The position numbers and the translations under genes are program-made. The notes beneath the pieces were generated by a model, which searched no databases, was not told the DNA's origin, and saw only the letters and a program-made list of their open reading frames with translations. This document shows positions 1 to 10,309 of a stretch of DNA of 64,000 bases, in pieces (the stretch's first letter is position 1; the number at the start of each line of letters is the position of its first letter). Source of the DNA: Candidatus Bathyarchaeota archaeon (GTDB taxonomy: Archaea; Thermoproteota; Bathyarchaeia; Bathyarchaeales; Bathycorpusculaceae); assembly GCA_963707955.1 (NCBI GenBank), contig OY970176.1, positions 1,728,001 through 1,792,000 of the forward strand. The letters run 5' to 3'.

Positions 1-1
1 C

Positions 2-2209
2 CCAAACACGCTGAGAGATTTTGTCAATTGGACCATTAACAACTACCCAGCGAACTACTTGTTCTTGGTTCTTTGGGATCATGGAAGCGGCTGCATGGGT
101 ATTTGCTACGACACAACGAGTGGAAATGACTATTTGTCGCTTCCAAAAATCACTCAAGCTTTGACCGGAATCCCGGCGATCATAGACGATGTGCTCATGG
201 ACGCTTGCGGCCCGAGCATGCTAGAGGTGGCTTACCAGATTAAAGATTCTGCGAATATCCTAATTGGTCCTGAAGGCCTCGGCTACACCTCGAATATGCC
301 GCCTTATGATGCTTATCTAAACAACCTGTCAAACGACCCGTCAATTTCACCCAACGCGTTTGCCCAAGACATAGTTATGAACTATACAAGCTGGGCTTAC
401 GCCAACGCCCCTTGGATCCAAGATGCAACAATGACAGCGACAGACTTGACCAAGATGACGAGTCTCGCGGTAGCAGTCGACGATTTCGCTACAACATTGA
501 CGGAAAAAGAAACTCTCTACCACGAGCAGATAAGCTTGGCAAGAAACATGACTACAGGATATCCGGGACCCTATCAAAACTCAGACGGAACCTACCAAAC
601 TGGATACTATATTGATCTTTACGATTTCGCTTCCCTAGTAAATGCCACCGTGCCGGACGAGGAGCTAAGAAGAGATTCTAGCCAAGTCATGACTTCGATA
701 GATAACGCGGTAATCATGAACCTCTACATAAACGATCCAGGAACTTATGGTTTGGCAGTGTTTTTCCCCGATGAAAAAGAAAAGTATGACTATGACACGT
801 TTGCAACCATTTACGAAAGTACCGCATTTGCAATTAATACGCCCTGGGATGAGTTTGTCAAATATCACCTGTCAGGGTTCACGTTAACCATAAAGACAAT
901 GTGTTCAAACATGCCAGTCAAAGTTGACGACGATGTGTATAACACTACGGCTGAAGGGGAAATTGACGTGTTTCTCCAACCCGGCACTCACACAGTAAAC
1001 GTCACTTCAGTCTTTTCACCTGGACCTGATTCGCAACTAGTGTTTGTCAATTGGAATGACAGCTACACTTCAAGCACAAGAACGTTCAACATAGAAAACA
1101 GCGATGTAACGGCTGAAGCTGTATACGAGCTTCAATATCCCCTAGTCATAGAGACAAACTTCGGAGGTCAAACGGAGCCGCCAGTCGGCCAATACTGGTG
1201 CAATGCAAGTTCACCGGTACCGGTTCGTGCCATAGCTCCAAGCGCCGGCGCAGGGGAAAATTACACTGAACTTAAATGGATGATTCAGGAAGGTGCTACA
1301 AACTCAAGTAGCACCGACAATCCAATCAATATAACGATGAATGGACCGATCAATGCGACTGCTTTATGGATACACGAATACTTCCTAACCGTTTTTTCCC
1401 AGCACGGCACCCCCACACCGACCACTGGGTGGTTTGAAGCTGGGACACCCTTCAACGGATCAGTCACTTCGCCTCTCTCAGGATCAACAGGTACTCAATA
1501 CGTGTGCACTGGCTGGACAGGAACGGGGAACGTTCCCTCTTCAGGAGCCTCGTTGACAACCGATTTCACATTGGACCAGCCATCAAGCATAGAGTGGAAT
1601 TGGAAAACCCAGTATCTCCTAACGGTGGGCACAGATCCAACAGGGCTGAGCCCCCAGCCAAGCGTCTATCCCGCAGGAACCTGGTATGATAGCAACGCCG
1701 AAGTGGTCTGCACAGCACAGCAAGTAAGTGGTTACGCTTTTCAACAATGGACTGGGAGCGCAGGCTATGCATATCCAAACGGGGTCAACTCCATAAACAT
1801 CACAATGGACGGGCCGACCGACATCACAGCTCAATACGTTCGCGCGCAAGCTTGGTGGGCACTTTTGGTTCGTCCAGATGTGATGCAAACTATGGTCGCA
1901 GTGCTCGGAACAACGCTAACTCTTGGTCTAGTTGGGGGCACCTGGTTCAAGTCCAAGAAAAGAAGAAACCTGATCAAAGCGTTCTTGACTGAGGCCAATG
2001 ACGTTTATTCCAGGTTGAAAACTGATCCAAAAAAGTGTGAGGAAGAGCTCCATGCACTAAGAAACACGGTTCTGGAAGGATTAACCGAGGGCAAGATAAC
2101 TGAGGAAAACTACGAGATTGTCGATAAAAGGATAGACAAATACGTAGCGGAGCTTTCAGAGGCACAGCGACGTAAACGTAAGGCACCTGCTAAACGAGGC
2201 GATGATTAG
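2..2209 (+). CDS. Clostripain-family (C11) cysteine peptidase with C-terminal beta-sandwich repeats and membrane anchor; 5' end lies outside the window
   Basis: Frame is open from position 2 (PNTLRDFVNWTINNYPANYLFLVLWDHGSG). His (WDHG) and Cys (MDAC) motifs are typical of C11. Repeated 'W..QY.LTV' domains, then a TM helix followed by KSKKRR. Confidence 0.85.
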   Translation, partial: PNTLRDFVNWTINNYPANYLFLVLWDHGSGCMGICYDTTSGNDYLSLPKITQALTGIPAIIDDVLMDACGPSMLEVAYQIKDSANILIGPEGLGYTSNMPPYDAYLNNLSNDPSISPNAFAQDIVMNYTSWAYANAPWIQDATMTATDLTKMTSLAVAVDDFATTLTEKETLYHEQISLARNMTTGYPGPYQNSDGTYQTGYYIDLYDFASLVNATVPDEELRRDSSQVMTSIDNAVIMNLYINDPGTYGLAVFFPDEKEKYDYDTFATIYESTAFAINTPWDEFVKYHLSGFTLTIKTMCSNMPVKVDDDVYNTTAEGEIDVFLQPGTHTVNVTSVFSPGPDSQLVFVNWNDSYTSSTRTFNIENSDVTAEAVYELQYPLVIETNFGGQTEPPVGQYWCNASSPVPVRAIAPSAGAGENYTELKWMIQEGATNSSSTDNPINITMNGPINATALWIHEYFLTVFSQHGTPTPTTGWFEAGTPFNGSVTSPLSGSTGTQYVCTGWTGTGNVPSSGASLTTDFTLDQPSSIEWNWKTQYLLTVGTDPTGLSPQPSVYPAGTWYDSNAEVVCTAQQVSGYAFQQWTGSAGYAYPNGVNSINITMDGPTDITAQYVRAQAWWALLVRPDVMQTMVAVLGTTLTLGLVGGTWFKSKKRRNLIKAFLTEANDVYSRLKTDPKKCEEELHALRNTVLEGLTEGKITEENYEIVDKRIDKYVAELSEAQRRKRKAPAKRGDD

Positions 2210-2404
2210 TACCCCGCGAGCGCGCTGGCTTGTCCCTAAATTCGCAAATAGCGTGCGTGTAAAAGCATATACAAAAAGCATATACACTTTGCATATACAG
2301 TCGGGCGAGCAACGTTGAAAACGGTTAGCCCGTTCAGGTTGGATGCGGAGCCGTGTCGGCTGTTCAAGTAGGCCCGCATGATAAAGGGACGAGGCGGCGG
2401 GCGC

Positions 2405-3214
2405 TCATGGTTGTCTTGAAAGATTGTGCAAGGCTCTTTCCAAGTTAGCAAGATTTTGTATTGTTCTGTCGGGTTTCACGTTGTTCTTGCCTTCTCTGAT
2501 GTAGAATTGTGCAGTGTCTGTTACAGGTTGTTTCTTGCTTTTTTTGATGAGCAGGACTGTTTTCATGCCTAGTTGTTTGGCGCCTTCTATGTCAGCTCTG
2601 GGGGAGTCGCCTACGAATGCTGCCTCTTTAGCTTTTACGTCCAAGGTTTGGAGAGCTTTATGGAAAATCTTGGGGTTGGGTTTTCGCCATCCTAGGATTC
2701 CGGAGACTATTACGGCGTCGAAGTGTTTGGCGATGTTGAATTCTCTCAGGCCTTGGAAGATGGCTTCCGCGAATGACATGTTTGAGACGATGGCTAGCTT
2801 GTATTTCTTGTGCAGTTGTTCCAGAAGTGAAGGTAAATAGCTGTCTATGGTCAGCGACCTTGCGAAGCAGTTGGAAAAGGCTTCTGTCGCTTTGCGTATT
2901 CGTTCGTCTTCGGCGCCGACGTTAATGCTGCAGGATCTTAACGTTTCTATGATTCTTTCTGTGAAGTTCTGTTCTTCCAGGGTCTTTTCTGTCTGTTTGT
3001 AGAATCTGTCTCGTGAGTCGAAGTAGCCTTGTTTGAAGCTTTCGAAGGGCACGGATATACCGTTCTTACTAAGGCTCTGCACCATCCTTCCAAGGCACTT
3101 GTCGTAGTCAAATCGTTCAGTATTTACCAGAGTGTCTGCGAAGTCGAAGAGGACAGCCTTGACATTCAACCGATTCAGCCTTCTATTACCTTTTACCGTG
3201 AGATATCGGTTCAC
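2405..3214 (-). CDS. HAD-superfamily hydrolase
   Basis: Motifs FDFADTL, IVSN, RKPNP and FVGDSPRADIEGA. Confidence 0.9.
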   Translation of the reverse strand: MNRYLTVKGNRRLNRLNVKAVLFDFADTLVNTERFDYDKCLGRMVQSLSKNGISVPFESFKQGYFDSRDRFYKQTEKTLEEQNFTERIIETLRSCSINVGAEDERIRKATEAFSNCFARSLTIDSYLPSLLEQLHKKYKLAIVSNMSFAEAIFQGLREFNIAKHFDAVIVSGILGWRKPNPKIFHKALQTLDVKAKEAAFVGDSPRADIEGAKQLGMKTVLLIKKSKKQPVTDTAQFYIREGKNNVKPDRTIQNLANLERALHNLSRQP

Positions 3215-3484
3215 GATTTCCGTTATAAATGCTGAGCATTATTCGTTGCTCTCTAGATTTGAGAACATGTGGTATGGTTAACGTGGGAACGACGTAGTCC
3301 TACTGTTCCATGAGCTGGTCCGATATCTTGTCTCTGTTTCTATTGTATCATTGAGCAACTTGGGAGTACAGTTTCAGTCTGTACAGCCTTGTTCGGGTTG
3401 TTGACTAGCATCCGGCGCGCTTACAGTGCGGTTGGCGACGTTTTTCATGCCGCGCGCTAAGGGTGGAAACTGTGTTTCACAGCG

Positions 3485-3492
3485 TTTAAATA
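3485..3492 (+). promoter_or_regulatory. Putative archaeal TATA box upstream of the 3560 gene
   Basis: TTTAAATA about 70 nt upstream of the ATG. Confidence 0.5.
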
Positions 3493-3559
3493 GCACTAGT
3501 GGGCTAACCATTGTTAGTCGAGCGAGTTGTTCTAGGGAACATGGGGAAGGGGTTGGAGA

Positions 3560-6500
3560 ATGAAGAGAAAAGTAGTTGTTAGTTTCGTCCTGGTTATGTT
3601 GTTCTTGGTGTCGATGTTTCCATTAAGTGCTTTCCTTGGAGCAGCCAATTCTCACGGCAGCCCGGGACTTCTTGAGTCGCAGCCTACCGAAGACCCCGCT
3701 GACTGGTGGCCCATGTTCCACCACGACGTAACGCGGACAGGATACTCCACATCGACGGCGTCGACCACAAACCAGACTCTATGGAGCTACACAACAGGAG
3801 GTATGGTGGATTCTTCTCCTGCTGTTGTTGGCGGTTTTGTCTACGTGGGCTCATACGACGATAAGGTTTATGCTTTGAATGCTACGACGGGCGCGTTGAT
3901 ATGGAACTACACAACGGGCAGTGCGGTGGTTTCTTCTCCTGCCGTTGTTGGCGGTTTTGTCTACGTGGGCTCATACGACGATAAGGTTTATGCTTTGAAC
4001 GCCGCGACGGGCGCGTTAGTATGGAACCACACGACCGGCAGTGGTGTGTTGTCTTCTCCTGCTGTTGCCAGCGGCATGGTCTACGTGGGCTCAGATGACG
4101 ACAAAGTCTATGCTTTGAACGCTACGACAGGTGCATTCGTATGGAGCTACACGACCGGCAGTAGTGTGGGTTATTCTTCTCCTGCTGTTGTCGGTGGCAT
4201 GGTCTACGTGGGCTCATTCGACCACCAGGTTTACGCTTTAAACGCTGCGACGGGCGCGCGGATATGGAACTACACAACGGGCAGTGCGGTGGTTTCTTCT
4301 CCTGCTGTTGTTGGTGGTGTTGTCTACGTGGGCTCAGCTGACCACCAGGTTTACGCTTTGAACGCCGCGACGGGCGCGTTAGTATGGAACTACACAACCG
4401 GCAGTAGTGTGGGTTATTCTTCTCCTGCTGTTGTCGGTGGCATGGTCTACGTGGGCTCAAGTGACGATAAGGTTTATGCTTTGAACGCTACGACAGGCGC
4501 GTTAGTATGGAGGTACACAACTGGCTTTTACGTGTATTCTTCTCTTGCTGTTGCTGGTGGTTTCGTGTACGTGGGCTCAGATGACTACAAGGTTTACGCT
4601 TTGAACGCTGCTACGGGAGCATTCGTATGGAGCTACACGACCGGCAACTGGGTGTTTTCTTCTCCTGCTGTTGTTGGTGGTGCTGTCTACGTGGGCTCAG
4701 AGGATTACAAGGTTTACGCTTTTGGAACACCTCTTTCTGCTTCTATTTCGCCTGGCTCCTCAAAACTTGATGTTGGTCAGTCTCAACTGTTCACTTCAAC
4801 AGTCTCAGGCGGTACATCGCCATACACTTATCAATGGTATCTAAACGGCGCCCCAGTTTCGGGTGCTACGAATCCAGCTTGGACCTTTACACCTACATCA
4901 GCTGGTTCTTACATGATAAACATGGAAGTCAACGATAGCTTCGGAGTGCAGGCAACGTCTAACACTGCGACCGTTGCAGTAAGCAGTCAGCTTCCCTTTG
5001 ACTGGCCTATGTTCCGCTTCAACCCGGAGCACACAGGGACAACGCAGGACGTAACACCCCCACTCGAACTCACTTGGAACTTCACGACGGGCGACCTAGT
5101 CTATTCTTCTCCTGCCGTGAGTGGCGATTTCGTGTACGTTGGCTCACGCGATGGGAACATCTATGCCTTGGATGCCGTTAGTGGAACGCTGAAATGGAAA
5201 TACACAACGAGTGATTGGGTCCTCTCTTCCCCTGCCGTTAGTGGCGGTGTTGTTTACGTGGGGTCAGAGGATAGGAACCTCTACGCCCTGAACGCTGTTA
5301 CTGGAACGCTGGAATGGAACTACACGACAGGCGGCTATGTGGACTCTTCTCCCGCCGTCAGTGGTGGCGTCGTGTACGTCGGCTCAGACGATCAGAACCT
5401 CTACGCATTGAACGCGGCCACAGGAGTCCTGAAATGGAACTACACGACGGGCGGCTACATCGAGTCTTCCCCCGTTGTCAGCTGTGGTGTCGTCTACGTT
5501 GGCTCAGAGGACGGAAAAGTGTATGCCTTCGACGCGACTACCGGAGTCCTGAAATGGAACTACACGACGGGCGGCCTCGTCTATTCCTCGCCTGCAGTTA
5601 GTGGCGGTGTCGTCTACGTGGGTTCAGAAGACGATTACATCTATGCCTTGGACGCAACCACCGGAGCCCTTAAGTGGAGTCGCCCGTTGAGCGACTTTTC
5701 TGTCTATTCTTCTCCTGCCGTGAGTGGCGGCCTTGTTTACGTTGGCTCAGCGAACATCTTCGCTTTGAATTCTTCAACAGGAGACGTAAGTTGGAGCTAC
5801 ACGACAGATGGCAGCAACGCCCATTCTTCTCCCGCCGTTAGTGGCGGTGTGGTTTACGTTGGCTCAGACGATCACAACATCTACGCCCTCGATGCCTACA
5901 CCGGAGCATTCCTATGGAGCTACACGACGGGCGACCTTGTCTATTCTTCTCCTGCTGTTAGTGGCGGTTTCGTCTACGTTGGCTCATACGATGGGAAAAT
6001 CTACGCCTTCTCGCCGTCCGGTCCACAAACAAGATATCCGTGGCCCATGATCCACCACGACCTCACGCACACAAGCTACACTGAGAGCCCGGCACCCCAA
6101 ACAAACAACACAATGTGGAACTATGCGACAGGCAGCTATGTTTGGTCTTCTCCTGCAATCGCCGACGGTATGGTCTTCATCGGATCGACGGATAAAAATG
6201 TCTACGCTTTTAACGCGTCTACAGGCGCGAAGGTGTGGAACTACACAACCGGCAACCAGGTGGAAGATTCTTCTCCGGCTGTTGCTGATGGCAAAGTCTA
6301 CGTGGGGTCAGATGATCATAATGTTTACTGCTTGGACGCTTCCACCGGGGCTCTAGTTTGGAACTACGCGACAGGCAGCTATGTTTGGTCTTCTCCTGCT
6401 GTTGCTGGCGGTGTTGTCTACGTGGGTTCAGATGACCGCAAGGTTTACGCTTTGAACGCTACGACAGGCGTGCTAGTATGGAGCTACACGACCGGCAGTA

Positions 6501-8335
6501 GTGTGGATTCTTCTCCGGCTGTTGCCAGCGGCGTAGTCTACGTGGGCTCTGGTGACGACAACGTTTACGCACTGAACGCGACAACAGGCGCGAAGGTGTG
6601 GAACTACACGACAGGCAGCTATGTTTATTCTTCTCCTGCTGTTGCTGGTGGTAGGGTTTACGTAGGGTCGTACGATGGCAAAGTTTACTGTTTCGACGCT
6701 TCCACTGGGGCTCTAGTTTGGAACTACACCACAGGTAACTCGGTGTATTCTTCTCCCGCTGTTGCTGATGGCAAAGTCTACGTGGGGTCAGATGATCATA
6801 ATGTTTACTGCTTGGACGCTTCCACCGGAGCTCCAGTTTGGAACTACGCCACAGGTAACTGGGTATATTCTTCTCCTGCTGTTGCTGGTGGTAGGGTTTA
6901 CGTGGGGTCGTATGATGGCAAGGTTTACTGTTTGAACGCTTCCAGTGGGGCTCTAGTTTGGAACTACGCGACAGGCAGCTATGTTTTTTCTTCTCCTGCA
7001 ATCGCCGACGGTATGGTCTTCGTGGGTTCAGCAGACCATACTGTGTACGCATTTGGAGAGATCGTCAGGACAGAGGACTATGCGACGGTGCAGGCAGCAA
7101 TCAACGCTGCTCCCTCGGGAGCCACTGTTTTAGTCGCACCGGGCACGTACCATGAGTCTTTGATAATCAATAAGACAATAACTCTCCTTGGCATGTTAGG
7201 CAGTGAACCAACCTTTACTGGCGGCGGAAGCGGAATTGCCATAACGATCGTGCCGAGTGGATCTGGGTCGACTGTTGCTGGGATAGCGATAACCAGCTGG
7301 ACTCAAGGCATTCTAGTCAACGGAGCCAGTGGCTGCAACATCTACGGCAACATAATGTCTCTCATAAACCAAAACGGAATCAGCCTGCAAGGCTCCAAAG
7401 CCTCCAACAACCTTATCTACGATAACATATTCGAACAAGACACCGTCGCCGTCAGCTTAACTTCTTCAGCATCCAACAACACCATCACCGGCAACATGAT
7501 CAGCCTCAGCAGCATCGGCATCAACCTACAGTCCAGCGGCAACATCGTCTACGCCAACATAATGACCTACAACGTTGTTGCAATAAACATAACCAACTCG
7601 AACAACAACGTGTTCTTCCACAACGACTTCATCAGCAGCAACTACCAACTCACCATATCAAACTCAACGGGAAACGTCTGGGACAACGGCTACCCTAGCG
7701 GCGGCAACTACTGGAGCGATTACCTAACACAGAATCCGAACGCCACTGAAATCGACAGTTCAGGCATCTGGAACACGCCCTACGTCGTGGCTACAAACAA
7801 CGTGGACCACTATCCTCTTGTGAAGCCTTTCAGCCTGCACAACATCGAAATAGCAAGCTTTGTCTCGTCAAAAACCGTTATCGGACAGTCCTACACGGCA
7901 CAGATAAGCTTGGCAATCCTGGACGTCGGCACCTACGACGAAACGTTCACGCTGACCGTGGTCGCCAACTCAACGCTCATAACCCAGCAGACGGTTAGTC
8001 TGTCAAGTGGAGGCTCCACGACGCTGACGTTAACCTGGAACACTACGGACTGCGCCAAGGGCAACTACACAGTATTCGCCACAGCGGGCCCAGTTCCAAG
8101 CGAGGCTGACACTTCTGACAACAACCGCTCCGTCCCAGTAGTCGTAACCATCCCAGGCGACGTTGACGGCAACGGCAGAGTGGACATGGGCGACGTAGTC
8201 AGCCTCTGCACGGCTTTTGGTTCAACACTCGGACAATCAAGGTACGTTCCAAACTGCGACATAGAGGGCAACGGCAGAATCGACATGAGCGACATAATCA
8301 TCGCCTTACGCCACTTCGGACAACACTTGCCATAA
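3560..8335 (+). CDS. Secreted multidomain surface protein: three PQQ-like (BamB-type) beta-propellers, Ig/PKD-like module, NosD/pectin-lyase-like beta-helix, CARDB-like domain, C-terminal dockerin
   Basis: Signal peptide. About 24 repeats of 'W.YTTG..V.SSPAV.GG.VYVGS.D..VYA.NA.TG' in three blocks, each preceded by WPM(F/I). Also 'TVQAAINAA', N-rich beta-helix repeats, 'GGNYWSDY', and paired Ca-loops DVDGNGRVDMGD / DIEGNGRIDMSD. Confidence 0.9.
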   Translation: MKRKVVVSFVLVMLFLVSMFPLSAFLGAANSHGSPGLLESQPTEDPADWWPMFHHDVTRTGYSTSTASTTNQTLWSYTTGGMVDSSPAVVGGFVYVGSYDDKVYALNATTGALIWNYTTGSAVVSSPAVVGGFVYVGSYDDKVYALNAATGALVWNHTTGSGVLSSPAVASGMVYVGSDDDKVYALNATTGAFVWSYTTGSSVGYSSPAVVGGMVYVGSFDHQVYALNAATGARIWNYTTGSAVVSSPAVVGGVVYVGSADHQVYALNAATGALVWNYTTGSSVGYSSPAVVGGMVYVGSSDDKVYALNATTGALVWRYTTGFYVYSSLAVAGGFVYVGSDDYKVYALNAATGAFVWSYTTGNWVFSSPAVVGGAVYVGSEDYKVYAFGTPLSASISPGSSKLDVGQSQLFTSTVSGGTSPYTYQWYLNGAPVSGATNPAWTFTPTSAGSYMINMEVNDSFGVQATSNTATVAVSSQLPFDWPMFRFNPEHTGTTQDVTPPLELTWNFTTGDLVYSSPAVSGDFVYVGSRDGNIYALDAVSGTLKWKYTTSDWVLSSPAVSGGVVYVGSEDRNLYALNAVTGTLEWNYTTGGYVDSSPAVSGGVVYVGSDDQNLYALNAATGVLKWNYTTGGYIESSPVVSCGVVYVGSEDGKVYAFDATTGVLKWNYTTGGLVYSSPAVSGGVVYVGSEDDYIYALDATTGALKWSRPLSDFSVYSSPAVSGGLVYVGSANIFALNSSTGDVSWSYTTDGSNAHSSPAVSGGVVYVGSDDHNIYALDAYTGAFLWSYTTGDLVYSSPAVSGGFVYVGSYDGKIYAFSPSGPQTRYPWPMIHHDLTHTSYTESPAPQTNNTMWNYATGSYVWSSPAIADGMVFIGSTDKNVYAFNASTGAKVWNYTTGNQVEDSSPAVADGKVYVGSDDHNVYCLDASTGALVWNYATGSYVWSSPAVAGGVVYVGSDDRKVYALNATTGVLVWSYTTGSSVDSSPAVASGVVYVGSGDDNVYALNATTGAKVWNYTTGSYVYSSPAVAGGRVYVGSYDGKVYCFDASTGALVWNYTTGNSVYSSPAVADGKVYVGSDDHNVYCLDASTGAPVWNYATGNWVYSSPAVAGGRVYVGSYDGKVYCLNASSGALVWNYATGSYVFSSPAIADGMVFVGSADHTVYAFGEIVRTEDYATVQAAINAAPSGATVLVAPGTYHESLIINKTITLLGMLGSEPTFTGGGSGIAITIVPSGSGSTVAGIAITSWTQGILVNGASGCNIYGNIMSLINQNGISLQGSKASNNLIYDNIFEQDTVAVSLTSSASNNTITGNMISLSSIGINLQSSGNIVYANIMTYNVVAINITNSNNNVFFHNDFISSNYQLTISNSTGNVWDNGYPSGGNYWSDYLTQNPNATEIDSSGIWNTPYVVATNNVDHYPLVKPFSLHNIEIASFVSSKTVIGQSYTAQISLAILDVGTYDETFTLTVVANSTLITQQTVSLSSGGSTTLTLTWNTTDCAKGNYTVFATAGPVPSEADTSDNNRSVPVVVTIPGDVDGNGRVDMGDVVSLCTAFGSTLGQSRYVPNCDIEGNGRIDMSDIIIALRHFGQHLP
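3780..7050 (+). repeat. Intragenic ~120-123 bp tandem repeats encoding propeller blades, in three blocks (~3780-4725, ~5075-6010, ~6115-7050)
   Basis: Near-identical nucleotide units recur, e.g. tggaactacac..., tcttctcctgctgttg..., tacgtgggctca... Confidence 0.9.
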
Positions 8336-8513
8336 CGCGTGCAATGGGCCGTGCAGAACAACATCTTGGATGCCATAACACTCGTAAACGCCTTTCTCGC
8401 TACGCCTGGCAGTTCCAACTGGAACCCGAACGTAGACATCAACGGCGACGGCATCGTCGCACAGCTACGATGCCATAATACTTTCAGGCCACTTCAACCA
8501 ACACTGTCCATAA
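8336..8513 (+). pseudogene. Vestigial second dockerin of a different type immediately after the stop codon
   Basis: Reads NNILDAITLVNAFLATPGSSNWNPNVDINGDGIV, then after a 1-nt shift YDAIILSGHFNQHCP*. The first Ca-loop is missing. Confidence 0.8.
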
Positions 8514-8627
8514 CTGTTTTTCTTTGCGTGTTGGGAAGTAAGCGCGAGCTAGTTGGTTTGAAGAGATACTTAAATAAAAATAGCTGCATGTTTAAGATCG
8601 ACAAAAACTATGTTGAAAGATGGGAAA

Positions 8628-9647
8628 ATGAAGGTTAAGGCACGAAGAGGCTACTGCTTAGGAATCGAATCAACGGCTGACGACTTCAGCGTTGGAGTGT
8701 TGACGTTTGACGGTGAAATACTGGCGAACGTGATAGACGCTTACGTGCCGATTGAAGGTGGCATCCATCCGCGAGAGGCGGCCAGGCATCATGCTGACGT
8801 GGCGAGTAAAGTTCTTCGAGAGGCTTTCGCAAAATCTGGGATAAGGCCGAAAAGCTTGTCTGTCTTGGCGTTTTCTCAGGGTCCAGGTTTAGGTCCGTGT
8901 CTGCGCACTGGAGCAACTGTGGCCCGGGCTTTAGCATCTTACTTGGGCATTCCGCTTGTCGGAGTGAACCATTGCATAGCGCACATTGAGATAGGTAAGC
9001 TTAGAGCTGGCGCCAAGGACCCTGTGACGCTGTATGTTTCTGGCGGCAACACGATGGTCGCAGCCTTTGAATCTGGGCGTTACCGGGTTTTCGGCGAGAC
9101 GTTGGACATCGCTCTGGGAAATTGCCTTGATGTTTTCGCGAGGGAGGCAGGGCTGCGTCAAAGTGCAGGCATGCCGTTTGGTGCTGTGATAGAGAAGCTC
9201 GCGTTAGACGGGAAGAAGTTGATTGCGTTGCCCTACGCGGTTAAGGGCATGGATGTGTCCTTGAGTGGTCTGTTAACGGCGTCCGTTGCTCTGCTTAAGA
9301 AGGCAGACTGCAGGCTTGAGGACCTATGCTACAGTCTTCAGGAAACGGCTTTTTCGATGGTGACCGAGGTGACTGAAAGGGCTCTTGCTCACACTGGGAA
9401 GAAGGAGCTTCTCTTGACTGGCGGCGTGGCTGCTAACAGAAGGTTGCAGTCGATGATCAGAGCCGTGGCCGAGGAGCATGGCGTCAGGTTCGAAACGGTG
9501 GAGACGCAGTTTGCGGTGGACAACGGTGCGATGATTGCTTGGACTGGGGCTCTGGCTTACACTCATGGTGTTGTTACGCCGGTGGAGAAGAGTTTTGTCA
9601 GGCTGAGGTGGCGGCCTGAAGAGGTTGAAGTTCCGTGGGCAGAGTGA
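8628..9647 (+). CDS. kae1: KEOPS N6-threonylcarbamoyladenosine synthase Kae1
   Basis: LGIESTA, GGIHPREAARHH, GPGLGPCLR, VNHCIAHIEIG, VSGGNT, GETLDIALGN, DNGAMIAW. Confidence 0.95.
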   Translation: MKVKARRGYCLGIESTADDFSVGVLTFDGEILANVIDAYVPIEGGIHPREAARHHADVASKVLREAFAKSGIRPKSLSVLAFSQGPGLGPCLRTGATVARALASYLGIPLVGVNHCIAHIEIGKLRAGAKDPVTLYVSGGNTMVAAFESGRYRVFGETLDIALGNCLDVFAREAGLRQSAGMPFGAVIEKLALDGKKLIALPYAVKGMDVSLSGLLTASVALLKKADCRLEDLCYSLQETAFSMVTEVTERALAHTGKKELLLTGGVAANRRLQSMIRAVAEEHGVRFETVETQFAVDNGAMIAWTGALAYTHGVVTPVEKSFVRLRWRPEEVEVPWAE

Positions 9648-10309
9648 GTTCGCCAGTGTTGATCATGAAGGGGGCTGAGGCTAATCTCTACCTTGCAGAT
9701 TGGCATGGCAGAAGGGCAGTGATGAAGAAACGTCTGCCCAAGGAGTACAGGCCGCAGAAGCTTGATGAGCAGATTCGCAGGTACAGAACGATTCATGAGC
9801 CGCAGTTGATGCATGAGGCAAAGAGGGCTGGCGTGCCAACGCCGATGATCTTTCTGGTCGACGTGAAGAACACGACGATAATCATGGAGTACATCGAAGG
9901 AAAACAGGTGAAACAGCTGCTGAATGCGATCTCTGAGGGTGAGAGACAACGCTTGTGCTTCAGGATTGGCCAGTTGATAGCGAAACTTCACGAGTGCGGC
10001 TTGATCCATGGCGATTTGACCACGTCGAACATGATTGCAGGCTCAAGCAGGAGGGTTTTCTTCGTGGACTTCGGGCTTGGCGACAGGAGCGGAGAGGTTG
10101 AGGCGAGGGGCGTTGACCTGCACTTGATGAAGAGGGCCCTTGAAAGCACGCATTACGAATTCGCTGAGACTTGTTTTAAGTCTGTTTTGGCCGGTTACGA
10201 AGGCGTGTTAGGCGCGGGAGCAGCAAAAAGTGTTTTAGACAAAATCAGGGAAATAGAGAGGAGGGGACGCTATGTCGCGGAGAGGAAACAGGAAGAGTCT
10301 TCAGCTTAA
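9644..10309 (+). CDS. bud32: KEOPS kinase/ATPase Bud32
   Basis: KGAEA, HGDLTTSN, VDFGL, VDLHLM, IERRGRY; overlaps the kae1 stop (GTGA). Confidence 0.95.
   Translation: MSSPVLIMKGAEANLYLADWHGRRAVMKKRLPKEYRPQKLDEQIRRYRTIHEPQLMHEAKRAGVPTPMIFLVDVKNTTIIMEYIEGKQVKQLLNAISEGERQRLCFRIGQLIAKLHECGLIHGDLTTSNMIAGSSRRVFFVDFGLGDRSGEVEARGVDLHLMKRALESTHYEFAETCFKSVLAGYEGVLGAGAAKSVLDKIREIERRGRYVAERKQEESSA

Noticed and set aside
3780-7050. CRISPR-like periodic repeats
   Set aside because: Units are ~120 bp, in frame and protein-coding, with no unique spacers and no cas genes.
8339-8638. 99-aa ORF as a real gene
   Set aside because: It is the remnant dockerin read through a frameshift into spacer DNA; there is no SD-like site or signal peptide.
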